From positions 1-64,000 of the forward strand of contig JAZDCY010000015.1 in the NCBI GenBank assembly GCA_036679645.1: a stretch of DNA of 64,000 bases, in the 5' to 3' direction. Under the pieces are notes generated by a model, which saw only the letters and a list, made by a program, of their open reading frames with translations, was not told the origin of the DNA and did no database searches. The position numbers were made by a program, and so were the translations under genes. The DNA comes from Gemmatimonadota bacterium (GTDB lineage: Bacteria; Gemmatimonadota; Gemmatimonadetes; Gemmatimonadales; GWC2-71-9). Shown here one piece after another: positions 40,539-49,746 of the stretch (positions are counted from its first letter, which is position 1; every line of letters begins with the position of its first letter).

Positions 40539-41771
40539 ATGGAGTTCGGGGAGCCTGACGATTTGAGATTACTGATTGGAGATTCGAGATTGCGCATTGC
40601 TAGCCGGCGTAGGCCCGGCGCACCCGTTCTGCAATCTGCAATCTGCAATCTGAAATCTGCAATTGTTGGGTCCCGCTGGGCCGTCATGCTCGTGGTCGCG
40701 GCACTCGCCTCGGGATGCGGCGCCAAGGGTCCTCCTCCAGACTTCGCCCCCGATCCCGGTCTCATCTCTCACATTACGTCGGTTCAGATGTTCGTACCCG
40801 AGACCGCGTGTCCGGGACAAACGATCCGTGCCAGTTACACGGCGCTGCTCGATGATGGACGCACGATTCCCTTTGCGACGCGATACGACGAGGACGATCC
40901 GCCCGAGCTGCACGTCGTCTTTCTGAGTCGCTACAGCGCCAATGCCGCTGCCCTCGAGAACGGCAACTGGGATGCCATCGACGATCCCCTCTTCAGCGCG
41001 ATGGAGGGGTTCCCGTTACGGGCCGCGCTGCGCGCGAAGCCGGATGTGGTGGCGTCGGTCATCGTCAGGCCCAACTACGGATGCACGAATAACGTCTATC
41101 GATTCGAAGGAGCGCGTGGGCGCCGGGGCGGTGCCGGTGGGCCGGGGCCGGATGTCACGGTGCGGATGGCAGTGGTGTCATCGCCGTTCTACGATCGCCT
41201 GATCGTGGCGGGCATCCAGGTCGAGGCGGCGCCGCCCTTCTACCTGTTCGCCGACGCGAATGCAGTGCCGCCGGCCGACTGGCTCGTTGTGGGCTCGCGC
41301 GGTGGTCGTGGTGGCCGCGGGCGGAACGGCGAGGACGGCGAGCCGGGCGCGGATGGTCGTGCGGGATGTCCCGGCGGTCCCGGTGGTGCCGGCGGTGCAG
41401 GTGACAATGGTGCCCCGGGTGGCCCCGGGGGACGTGGTGGGCGGGTCACCGTCATCGTCCCCGAAGGCGAACCGTTCCTCGCCGGCCTGGTCGAGGGGCG
41501 TGTGTCGGGTGGCGAGGGCGGGGCGGGAGGAAACGCGGGTGACGGGGGAGCCGGCGGCGAGGGTGGCAAGGTCGCGGGGGATGCGCGCCGCTGCTCCGCC
41601 GGCGCCGATGGCGCGAACGGTCCCGATGGCAGTGACGGTCCGGAGGGGCCCGACGGACTGCCGGGACCACGCATGCAGGTGATCACAGTGCCTCAGGCGG
41701 ATGTGTTCGGCGCTCGTGCGCCGGCCGCTCTGCGGGCACTCATCAACTATGAAAGAGGGAACGACCGTTGA
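40539..41771 (+). CDS. Collagen-like (Gly-X-Y) lipoprotein
   Basis: Lipobox LASGC and four Gly-X-Y tracts. The start is either 40539 (GAGGAGG RBS) or 40686. TTGA overlap with pntA. Confidence 0.7.
   Translation: MEFGEPDDLRLLIGDSRLRIASRRRPGAPVLQSAICNLKSAIVGSRWAVMLVVAALASGCGAKGPPPDFAPDPGLISHITSVQMFVPETACPGQTIRASYTALLDDGRTIPFATRYDEDDPPELHVVFLSRYSANAAALENGNWDAIDDPLFSAMEGFPLRAALRAKPDVVASVIVRPNYGCTNNVYRFEGARGRRGGAGGPGPDVTVRMAVVSSPFYDRLIVAGIQVEAAPPFYLFADANAVPPADWLVVGSRGGRGGRGRNGEDGEPGADGRAGCPGGPGGAGGAGDNGAPGGPGGRGGRVTVIVPEGEPFLAGLVEGRVSGGEGGAGGNAGDGGAGGEGGKVAGDARRCSAGADGANGPDGSDGPEGPDGLPGPRMQVITVPQADVFGARAPAALRALINYERGNDR
40560..40665. repeat. 7-nt periodic palindromic element
   Basis: gatttga-gattact-gattgga-gattcga-gattgcg ... 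gcaatct-gcaatct-gcaatct-gaaatct-gcaattg. Confidence 0.8.
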
Positions 41772-42898
41772 TCGTATCCGTTCCGAAGGAGACCGCTGCG
41801 GGAGAGACGCGGGTCGCGCTGACACCGGACGCGGCGAAGAAGCTCGCCGCGCAAGAAGGCGTCACGGTACGCCTGGAGACCGGTGCCGGTGTGGCCGCGA
41901 GCTTTCCCGATGACGCATATCGCGAGGCGGGGTGTGAAGTGACAGACCGGTCGCAGGTCCTGGCCGGCGACATCATTCTCAGTATCGATCCTCCCGTTGG
42001 CGACGAGTTGAGGGCTGGCGCCGTCACGATCGGGCTGTTCTATCCGCTCTCCAACCACGATGTCGTGCGCTCTCTTGCCGCGCGAAAGGTGACGAGCTTC
42101 AGCCTCGACCTAATGCCGCGTATCACGCGCGCCCAATCGATGGATGTGCTCTCGTCGATGAGTACGGTGTCTGGATACAAGGCCGTCCTGCTCGCAGCCA
42201 CATCACTCGGGAAGTTCTTTCCCATGCTGATTACGGCCGCGGGGACGATCGCGCCGGCGCGTGCGCTGATTCTGGGTGCTGGTGTAGCGGGTCTCCAGGC
42301 CATCGCGACGGCACGGCGGTTGGGTGCCGTCGTCGAGGCGTTCGACGTGCGGCCGGCGGCGAAGGAGCAGGTCGAGTCGCTCGGCGCGAGGTTCCTCGCC
42401 GTCGACGCCGGTGATCTCACCGCCGAGGGTGAAGGGGGATACGCCAAAGAGATGTCCGAGGAACAGCACAAACGGGAGTTGAAGCTGCTCCACGAACACA
42501 TCGTCGATGCTGACATCGTCGTAACTACTGCGCTCATTCCCGGAAGGCCCGCGCCGCTGCTCATTACCGAGGAGATGGTGAAGGACATGAAACCCGGGTC
42601 CGTGATCGTCGATCTGGCGGCGGAGATGGGCGGTAACTGCGCGTGCACCGAGAAAGGGCAGGATGTCGTGAAGCACGACGTGATGATTATCGGCCAGACC
42701 AACATCCCGGCGTCGATGCCGGTGCATGCGAGTCAGATGTACGCGCGGAACCTCACGACGTTCCTGGCGCTCATGAATGACAACGGTGCCGTGAAGTTGG
42801 ATTTCGACGACGAGATCATCAGCGGCACGTGCGTGACGCGCGACGGAGAAATCGTTCATGACCGCGTGAAGCAGGCGGTCGGGGGAGGGGCGGCATGA
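41768..42898 (+). CDS. pntA: NAD(P) transhydrogenase subunit alpha part 1
   Basis: VPKE..GETRVA, RITRAQSMDVLSS, GAGVAG, GGYAKE and TTALIPG. Confidence 0.95.
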   Translation: MIVSVPKETAAGETRVALTPDAAKKLAAQEGVTVRLETGAGVAASFPDDAYREAGCEVTDRSQVLAGDIILSIDPPVGDELRAGAVTIGLFYPLSNHDVVRSLAARKVTSFSLDLMPRITRAQSMDVLSSMSTVSGYKAVLLAATSLGKFFPMLITAAGTIAPARALILGAGVAGLQAIATARRLGAVVEAFDVRPAAKEQVESLGARFLAVDAGDLTAEGEGGYAKEMSEEQHKRELKLLHEHIVDADIVVTTALIPGRPAPLLITEEMVKDMKPGSVIVDLAAEMGGNCACTEKGQDVVKHDVMIIGQTNIPASMPVHASQMYARNLTTFLALMNDNGAVKLDFDDEIISGTCVTRDGEIVHDRVKQAVGGGAA

Positions 42899-43188
42899 TC
42901 GAGACGTTGGTTACGCTCATCGTCATCTTCGTACTGGCGATGTTCGTGGGCTTCGAGGTGATCACCAAGGTCCCGCCCACGCTGCATACGCCGCTCATGT
43001 CCGGATCGAACGCCATTTCGGGAATATCCATCATCGGGGCGATCATTGTCGCGGGGCGCGGCGACACGACGGTTGGGTCCGTTCTCGGCCTGGTGGCCGT
43101 GATCTTCGCGATGATCAACGTCGTTGGCGGATTCATGGTGACGGATCGGATGCTGCGCATGTTCCGCAAGCGTCCGGAGGAGAAATAG
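42895..43188 (+). CDS. pntA: NAD(P) transhydrogenase subunit alpha part 2
   Basis: VPPTLHTPLMSGSNAISG and NVVGGFMVTDRMLRMF. Confidence 0.95.
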   Translation: MIETLVTLIVIFVLAMFVGFEVITKVPPTLHTPLMSGSNAISGISIIGAIIVAGRGDTTVGSVLGLVAVIFAMINVVGGFMVTDRMLRMFRKRPEEK

Positions 43189-44577
43189 ATGGCCGCGCTC
43201 GTCAAGCTGCTCTATCTGCTCGCGGCCGTCTTCTTCATTCTTGGCCTCAAGCGCCTCAGCTCGCCGGCCACGGCGCGCACCGGCAACTGGATCGCGTCCG
43301 TCGGCATGTTGCTTGCGATCGTCGCGACCCTTGCGTTCCAACACGTCCTGAGCTGGCAGATGATCATCATCGGGATGATCGTGGGGTCGTTGATTGGGGG
43401 TGTGTTCGCGCGCACCGTCAGTATGACCGCCATGCCCGAGATGGTCGCGTTGCTGAACGGTTTTGGCGGCGGCGCGTCGGCGGTCGTGGCCAGCGCGGAG
43501 TATGCGCAGTACATGTCCACAGGGGCGGGCATCCCAGTCAACGTTGGGATTGCCATTCAGCTCAGCGTACTGATCGGTGCAGTCACCTTCTCCGGAAGCC
43601 TCATCGCGCTTGGGAAGCTGCGCGAATGGGTAACCGGCCGGGCCGTGACGTATCCGCTCCAGAAGACGCTGAACGGCCTGCTGCTCATCGGCATGGTGAG
43701 CCTGTTGGTCTGGCTCGTGGTGCAACCTGAGCACGCGACCTGGTTCTACGTCATGGTTGGTGCGTCGTTGATGCTGGGCGTTCTGTCGGTCGTGCCGATC
43801 GGCGGCGCTGATATGCCGGTCGTGATCTCATTGCTCAACGCCTACTCGGGCATCGCTGCGGCGATGACCGGGTTCGTGATCAACAATGAAGGGCTGATCA
43901 TCTCGGGAGCGCTGGTTGGAGCTTCCGGCCTCATCCTCTCCAACATCATGTGTAAGGGGATGAACCGCTCGCTCGCGAACGTGCTGTTCGGCGCGTTCGG
44001 GTCGGTCGTGCAGGAGGTGGCGCTGCCGGGTGCCACGGGCGACAGGACCGTGCGGCAGGCCACGCACGAGGACGTCGCCACCATGCTGGCGTACGCACAG
44101 CGCGTCGTGATCGCACCCGGGTACGGGCTCGCGGTCGCCCAGGCACAGCACGAGGTCCGGGAGTTGGCCGAGTTGCTCGAGAAACGCGGCGTGAGCGTGA
44201 AGTATGCGATCCATCCGGTCGCGGGACGCATGCCGGGGCACATGAACGTGCTGCTGGCGGAGGCGAACGTTCCGTACGATCAGCTGTTGGACATGGACCA
44301 GATCAATCCGGAGTTCGACCGGACCGACGTAGTGCTCGTCATCGGGGCGAACGACGTGGTGAACCCGGCGGCGCGGAACGATGCGTCGAGCCCCATCTAC
44401 GGGATGCCCATTCTCGACGTCGATCACGCGCAGATCGCGATCGTGATGAAGCGCTCGATGCGACCCGGTTTCGCCGGCATCGACAACGAGCTGTTTTACG
44501 CGGAGAAGACGCGGATGCTGTTTGGGGATGCGAAGGATTCGGTGAAGAAGCTCGTGACCGAAGTGAAAGCAGCGTAA
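43189..44577 (+). CDS. pntB: NAD(P) transhydrogenase subunit beta
   Basis: MTAMPEMVA, GGADMPVVISLLN, HPVAGRMPGHMNVLLAEA and GANDVVNP. Confidence 0.96.
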   Translation: MAALVKLLYLLAAVFFILGLKRLSSPATARTGNWIASVGMLLAIVATLAFQHVLSWQMIIIGMIVGSLIGGVFARTVSMTAMPEMVALLNGFGGGASAVVASAEYAQYMSTGAGIPVNVGIAIQLSVLIGAVTFSGSLIALGKLREWVTGRAVTYPLQKTLNGLLLIGMVSLLVWLVVQPEHATWFYVMVGASLMLGVLSVVPIGGADMPVVISLLNAYSGIAAAMTGFVINNEGLIISGALVGASGLILSNIMCKGMNRSLANVLFGAFGSVVQEVALPGATGDRTVRQATHEDVATMLAYAQRVVIAPGYGLAVAQAQHEVRELAELLEKRGVSVKYAIHPVAGRMPGHMNVLLAEANVPYDQLLDMDQINPEFDRTDVVLVIGANDVVNPAARNDASSPIYGMPILDVDHAQIAIVMKRSMRPGFAGIDNELFYAEKTRMLFGDAKDSVKKLVTEVKAA

Positions 44578-44595
44578 GAGATAGACGCTCAGATG

Positions 44596-45796
44596 CTAGT
44601 CTTCTCGTATCGACACCACCAACCTATACTCCCCCGACGCCCCTCCACCCAACCCCGACGCGATCACGTGGTACGTTCCCGCCTCGCGCAGTGTGGTTTC
44701 GATCTCCGAATCGAGATCACCGGCGCTATCGTCGTCGCGCATCGGGGACGACAATGAGGTAAAGGTAGGAATCGAAGTCGTCTGACTCGAGCGTGATCCG
44801 CACGCGCATGCCCGTGTCGCCTTCAAGCGCCCAAGCCTGCACGGGCCGGTCGTCGTACGTCCAGTCGGTCGCCGACAGGAATCCGCCGGCCATTTCTCCC
44901 ACCATGAGCTGGCGTCCGTCCGTCTCGAGGTCCCAGAGATCCTCGACCTCGTGACTCTCTGCCACGATGATCTCGAACGAGCCCGTGCCACCACGTGACA
45001 ACGCACTGGCCACGAGTGTGTACATCGCCGTCTCTGGAAAGATGAAGTCGATCTTCGAGTCGAGGTCGCCGGCACCGTCGTCGTTCGAGAGAGGCTCACC
45101 TAGACCGGGGCCCAGAATATAGAGGTACGGGTCGAACGCGTCGGACTTCAGCAGCACCGTAACGGACTGACCCTCGACTCCCTCCAGGGCCCATGCCTGA
45201 ATGGGTCGGCCCTCCATGCGTTCGTCCGCGCTGGACAGACGGCCCGACGCCGTATCGCCGAGCGCGACGGAGCGCTCATCGGTTGGCAGGCCCATCAGCC
45301 TTTCGGGGTTGATGCCGCCGCAGGGGTAGGACATGCCTTCGCCCTCTCCCTCCGTTGCGCGGATGGTGTAGATGCCCGTATTCCTGCCGGTGGACGACGC
45401 GATGATGCGGAACACCCCGTCCTCGAGTAGCGTGACGGTAATGCGCGCATTGCACCCGCCGCCGCCATCGTCGTCGGAGATCGTCTCGGCAAAGCCCGGA
45501 CCCACGAGGTAGAGGTAGCCGTCGAACTCGTCGGAGATCAGGTCGAACGTGACGCGTGTGCGTCCTTGTCCCTCGAACGCCCATGCGTCGACGTAGCTGT
45601 CACTGATCGATATGTAGTCGAAGCTGGACAGCGCGCCCTGCATCTCCTCTCCCAACAGCAACCGGCCTTCCGGCTCCAGCAGGTAGAGGATCGAGCCGCC
45701 TCGGTCGGGGGACTGTGCCGCGAGGAGGGGGGGGAGCGTGGCAACGAGGGCACTGGCTACGGCGAGCGTCGAAACGGCTAGACGGGCGGCACGCAC
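44596..45796 (-). pseudogene. Secreted protein with three PPC (pre-peptidase C-terminal)-like repeats, frameshifted at ~44753
   Basis: Repeats SDxFDxYLYxxGPG....DDG. The third repeat reads DSYLYLI then continues LSSPMRDDDSAGDLDSEI in another frame. Confidence 0.78.
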
Positions 45797-45889
45797 GGAG
45801 ACACCTCAGGAAAACGATTGGGAGATGTGGCTAAGGTAGTGCGCCGCGGCTGTTCGGCAAAGGGGGATCACCAGTTATACTGCGCCCCT

Positions 45890-46600
45890 GTGACTCTTCT
45901 CCAGTTTCTCCTTGCCACCGGGGTCGTCACGCTCGGCGCCACGCTGCAGGGCTCGATCGGCTACGGTCTCGGCATCTTCTCCGTGCCGTTCCTGCTGCTC
46001 ATCGAGCCCGAGCTGATCCCCGGGCCACTGCTGTCGTCCTCGTTTGTGCTCACCCTTCTCGTGGCCCGGCGCCATTGGGAGGCCGTGCGGCTCGGAGACC
46101 TCAAGTGGGCGGTGGTCGGGCGGTTCGTTGGGGTGGGTCTGGCGCTGCTGGTTCTCCTCACCGCCCCGCCCGATTGGCTCGCCCCCGGATTCGGGGTCGT
46201 CATCCTGCTAGGCGTCGTGCTCTCGGCGTCCGGGATGCACGTGAATCCTGCCCCCACGTCTCTCTCCGTGGCGGGGCTGATCTCGGGTTTCATGGCCACG
46301 TTGGTCTCGGTTGGCGGCCCGCCCATGGCGCTGCTCTACCAGCGCGAGTCGGGGCCCCGCATGCGGGGCACGCTCTCCGCGTATTTCCTCGTGGGCGTTG
46401 TGATATCCATCGCCGGCCTGGTGCTGATCGGCAGGTATGGGCTGCGCGAACTGTCTCTCGCAGCGGCGCTGGTGCCCGGGTTGCTGATCGGCTTCACGAT
46501 CTCACGGACCACGTCGCGTCTGCTCGACCGAGGCTATACGCGTGTTGGCGTAATGGTGATCTCGGCGATCGCGGCGGTGATGGTGATCGCCAGAGGCTAG
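45890..46600 (+). CDS. Sulfite exporter TauE/SafE family protein
   Basis: LQGSIGYGLG, SGFMATLVSVGGPP and RGTLSAYF. The GTG start is 8 nt after TATACT. Confidence 0.88.
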   Translation: MTLLQFLLATGVVTLGATLQGSIGYGLGIFSVPFLLLIEPELIPGPLLSSSFVLTLLVARRHWEAVRLGDLKWAVVGRFVGVGLALLVLLTAPPDWLAPGFGVVILLGVVLSASGMHVNPAPTSLSVAGLISGFMATLVSVGGPPMALLYQRESGPRMRGTLSAYFLVGVVISIAGLVLIGRYGLRELSLAAALVPGLLIGFTISRTTSRLLDRGYTRVGVMVISAIAAVMVIARG

Positions 46601-46670
46601 GTGCTCAGGTGCTCAGGTGCTCAGTGATTTTGACTGCGCACCCCTGAGCGTCTGAGCAACTGAGCGTCTT
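46598..46670. repeat. 8-nt periodic palindromic element
   Basis: taggtgctcaggtgctcaggtgctcag ... ctgagcgtctgagcaactgagcgtct, starting at the TauE stop. Confidence 0.75.
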
Positions 46671-46769
46671 GCGCAAAGGGACTCGCGCAACTGCTGCGGT
46701 GGCTGCATCTTAGAAGGTCGATACCCGACTGAGACGCTCTGCTTTCACGATTCCATAAGGTATGGTACG

Positions 46770-46880
46770 AATGCGATTTGCGATGGACAATTGGCGATCG
46801 GCGATCTGCGATTTGCGTCAATTGCCGTTCGCCAATCGTAAATCGGCAATCGCCGATCGTTCTTGCAGGGGGGAGCTTGC
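46770..46880. repeat. Leader A: 7-nt periodic palindrome plus RBS, copy 1
   Basis: 46845-46915 matches 52460-52530 with one mismatch. Confidence 0.8.
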
Positions 46881-49529
46881 ATGAGCGAAATCACCGAGCG
46901 TCTTTCCTCAGCGATAGCTGACCGCTACAAGATCGAACGCCACCTCGGCCAGGGTGGCATGGCGACCGTCTATCTCGCACACGACGTAAAGCACGACCGC
47001 AAGGTCGCGCTCAAGGTGCTTCGCCCCGAACTCGCGGCCGTCATCGGTGCCGAGCGGTTCCTGCAAGAGATCAAGGTCACCGCGAACCTGCAGCACCCGA
47101 ACATCCTCGCGCTCTACGACTCCGGCGAAGCAGACACCTTCCTCTATTACGTGATGCCCTTCGTGGAAGGCGACACGCTGCGCGACAAGCTGGATCGAGA
47201 GAAACAACTCGGTATCGAAGACGCGATCGAGATTGCCCGGAGCGTAGCGGCCGCGCTCGACTACGCGCATCGCCACGAGGTCATTCACCGCGACATCAAG
47301 CCCGAGAACGTCTTGCTGCACGATGGGCAGGCCCTAGTAGCCGATTTCGGGATTGCACTCGCGGTGAGCCAGGCAGGCGGCAGCCGGTTGACCGAGACCG
47401 GTCTCTCACTCGGCACGCCGCACTACATGAGCCCAGAACAGGCAATGGGCGATCGCGAGATCGACGCGCGCAGCGACGTCTACTCGTTGGGCGCCATGCT
47501 GTACGAGATGCTCGCCGGTGAGCCGCCGTACACGGGCACGACGGCGCAGGCGATCGTGGCGCGGGTGATCACGGAAGACCCGCGTCCGGTCACGCTGCAA
47601 CGGCGGACGGTGCCGTCGCATGTGGCGGCGGCGGTGCACAAGGCACTCAACAAGCTGCCGGCCGACCGCTTCGCGACCGCGGCACAGTTCGCTGACGCGT
47701 TGACCAACCCGGCGTTCACGGTACCGACAACGACCGCGATGGCGGCAGGCACGGCTTCACGACCCTCGCTGGGTCGGTTTGCATGGCCCGCCGTCGCTGT
47801 GGTGGCGGTGGCCGTGGCGCTGTTCGGCTGGCTCCGCCCAATGCCCACTACCGAGCGCCTGCCTACCAGATTCGCGCTGGACCTGTCGGAGCAGGCGATG
47901 ATCGGGGCCTATGGCCTCATGTCGTCGGTCGCCATTGCCCCGGACGGTCGCACGGTGGTCTACGTGGGCCGCGGCGATCCGGAAACGCGACTGTATCGGC
48001 GGCGGTTGGATCGGTTGGACTGGGAGCCGATCGCGGGGACGGACAACGGCGACAGTCCGTTCTTCTCGCCGGATGGCCGGTGGGTCGGTTTTCGTCAGGG
48101 GAACCGTCTGCGAAAAGTGGATCTCCGCACCGGGTCGACCGTCACGCTCGCGACCCTGGACCGCTCGGCACTTATCACCGGCGCCGGGTGGAGTCCATCG
48201 GACACGATCTATCTGGCGCTCGAAGCCATTGGCGGATTGTTCAAGGTCCCGGCGGAGGGCGGGACGCTCGAGCGCGTCGCCATGGAGGACACTGTCAGCC
48301 TCCTCTATGGGCCCTCCCTGTTACCCGGCGGCGAATGGGTCCTCGGCTCGGTCTTGCCGCCCGATCGAGGCAGCTTGTTCATTCTGTCAGCGATATCGCT
48401 GCGCACCGGTGAAGTCCGACACCTCGTGGAGGGTCCGGGTTACGCGTATTACCTCGGCAACGGACGCCTGTTCTTCCTGCTCCAGGACGGCACGGCCGTG
48501 ACCGCGCCGCTGGATCCGCGCGACCCGCAGCCCACTACGGAGCGGGTTCCGACCGGCGAGACGATTGCGCGGAATCCCGGCGGCACCGCCAATCTCGCGG
48601 TGGCGCAGAATGGGACCGCCGTGTTCCTCGCCGGGGGCTCCGCAGAGAACACGGTCGTGTTCGTGGACCGGAGCGGACGCGAAACGCCCGTCCTCACAGC
48701 ACCGCGCGATTACAAGGATCCCCGCTTTTCGCCAGATGGGCGGCGCCTGGCGTATGAACTTCGCGACGGCGACGAAGGGGACATCTGGGTCTACGAGTTC
48801 GACCGGGCTACGGCCACGCGTCTCACGTTTGAGAGTGAGAACCTCTATCCGGTCTGGTCGCCCGATGGGTCGCGCCTGGCGTTTACGTCGCGACGCACCG
48901 GCATTGCGGGCTTGTGGTGGAGGGCGGCCGACGGCAGCGGCGCAGTGGAAGAGCTGCTCGCGGGCACGGAGTTGCGGTTCCCAGGCGCCATTACGCCGGA
49001 CGGAGAGACGTTGCTGTACCGGGAGACGGCGGCCGCTACGGGCCACGACATCTACTCTCTAGCGCTCGCGGGAGATCGCACACCTCGGCCCGTCATCGTT
49101 ACGCCCTTCGACGAGATTTCGCCCACGTTGTCGCCCAACGGGCGATGGATGGCGTACGTGTCGGACCGCTCGGGCCGCAACGAGGTCTACGCCCGAGCTT
49201 TCCCTGACGGAACCACCGACTACCAGATCTCCGCCGGGGGCGGAGCCGAACCCGTCTGGGACAACGACGGTGCGCGCCTCTATTATCGCCGCGGCCCCAC
49301 GCTGACGCAGGCAACGCTCCAGGTGACCGACGCCGTCCGTGTGCTCGAGCGGGACTCGCTGTTCTCCGGTGACTACCTGGAGAACGTGCGATGGCCGGAG
49401 TACGATATCCATCCCGACGGGAGCGGGTTCGTGTTCATCCGGCTGGGCGACGCCGGACTGCGGCCCGTCATCGTGCTCAACTGGCTCGAGGAACTCGAGC
49501 GGCGTGCCGAGGGGTGGGAGGGGAGTTGA
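46881..49529 (+). CDS. Ser/Thr protein kinase, TM helix and TolB/PD40 beta-propeller (K1)
   Basis: GQGGMATVY, VALK, HRDIKPEN, DFG and GTPHYMSPE. Hydrophobic segment, SPDG repeats and C-terminal VLNW. Confidence 0.93.
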   Translation: MSEITERLSSAIADRYKIERHLGQGGMATVYLAHDVKHDRKVALKVLRPELAAVIGAERFLQEIKVTANLQHPNILALYDSGEADTFLYYVMPFVEGDTLRDKLDREKQLGIEDAIEIARSVAAALDYAHRHEVIHRDIKPENVLLHDGQALVADFGIALAVSQAGGSRLTETGLSLGTPHYMSPEQAMGDREIDARSDVYSLGAMLYEMLAGEPPYTGTTAQAIVARVITEDPRPVTLQRRTVPSHVAAAVHKALNKLPADRFATAAQFADALTNPAFTVPTTTAMAAGTASRPSLGRFAWPAVAVVAVAVALFGWLRPMPTTERLPTRFALDLSEQAMIGAYGLMSSVAIAPDGRTVVYVGRGDPETRLYRRRLDRLDWEPIAGTDNGDSPFFSPDGRWVGFRQGNRLRKVDLRTGSTVTLATLDRSALITGAGWSPSDTIYLALEAIGGLFKVPAEGGTLERVAMEDTVSLLYGPSLLPGGEWVLGSVLPPDRGSLFILSAISLRTGEVRHLVEGPGYAYYLGNGRLFFLLQDGTAVTAPLDPRDPQPTTERVPTGETIARNPGGTANLAVAQNGTAVFLAGGSAENTVVFVDRSGRETPVLTAPRDYKDPRFSPDGRRLAYELRDGDEGDIWVYEFDRATATRLTFESENLYPVWSPDGSRLAFTSRRTGIAGLWWRAADGSGAVEELLAGTELRFPGAITPDGETLLYRETAAATGHDIYSLALAGDRTPRPVIVTPFDEISPTLSPNGRWMAYVSDRSGRNEVYARAFPDGTTDYQISAGGGAEPVWDNDGARLYYRRGPTLTQATLQVTDAVRVLERDSLFSGDYLENVRWPEYDIHPDGSGFVFIRLGDAGLRPVIVLNWLEELERRAEGWEGS

Positions 49530-49599
49530 AGGTGACTGACGTGAAACGCGCAACGTTCAGGGTACGAACCTCGGCGTGCAGCGTTACTGATTGCAGCCG

Positions 49600-49746
49600 G
49601 GTTCCCGCGCTGAAGCGCGGGCTCGGCGCTGCGCGGACCGTCCTGAAGGACGGTCGAGGTGCACGCCCTTCAGGGCGTGTCGCGGCCCTGTGGGCCGCGC
49701 CGAGCCGGGGCTTCAGCCCCGGAACACCGGGTACGGACGGAAGCTC
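49600..49746. repeat. Leader B: multi-hairpin REP/REPIN-like element, copy 1
   Basis: Five GC stems with TGAA/TTCA loops. 147 bp, with 4 differences from 55215-55361. Confidence 0.85.
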
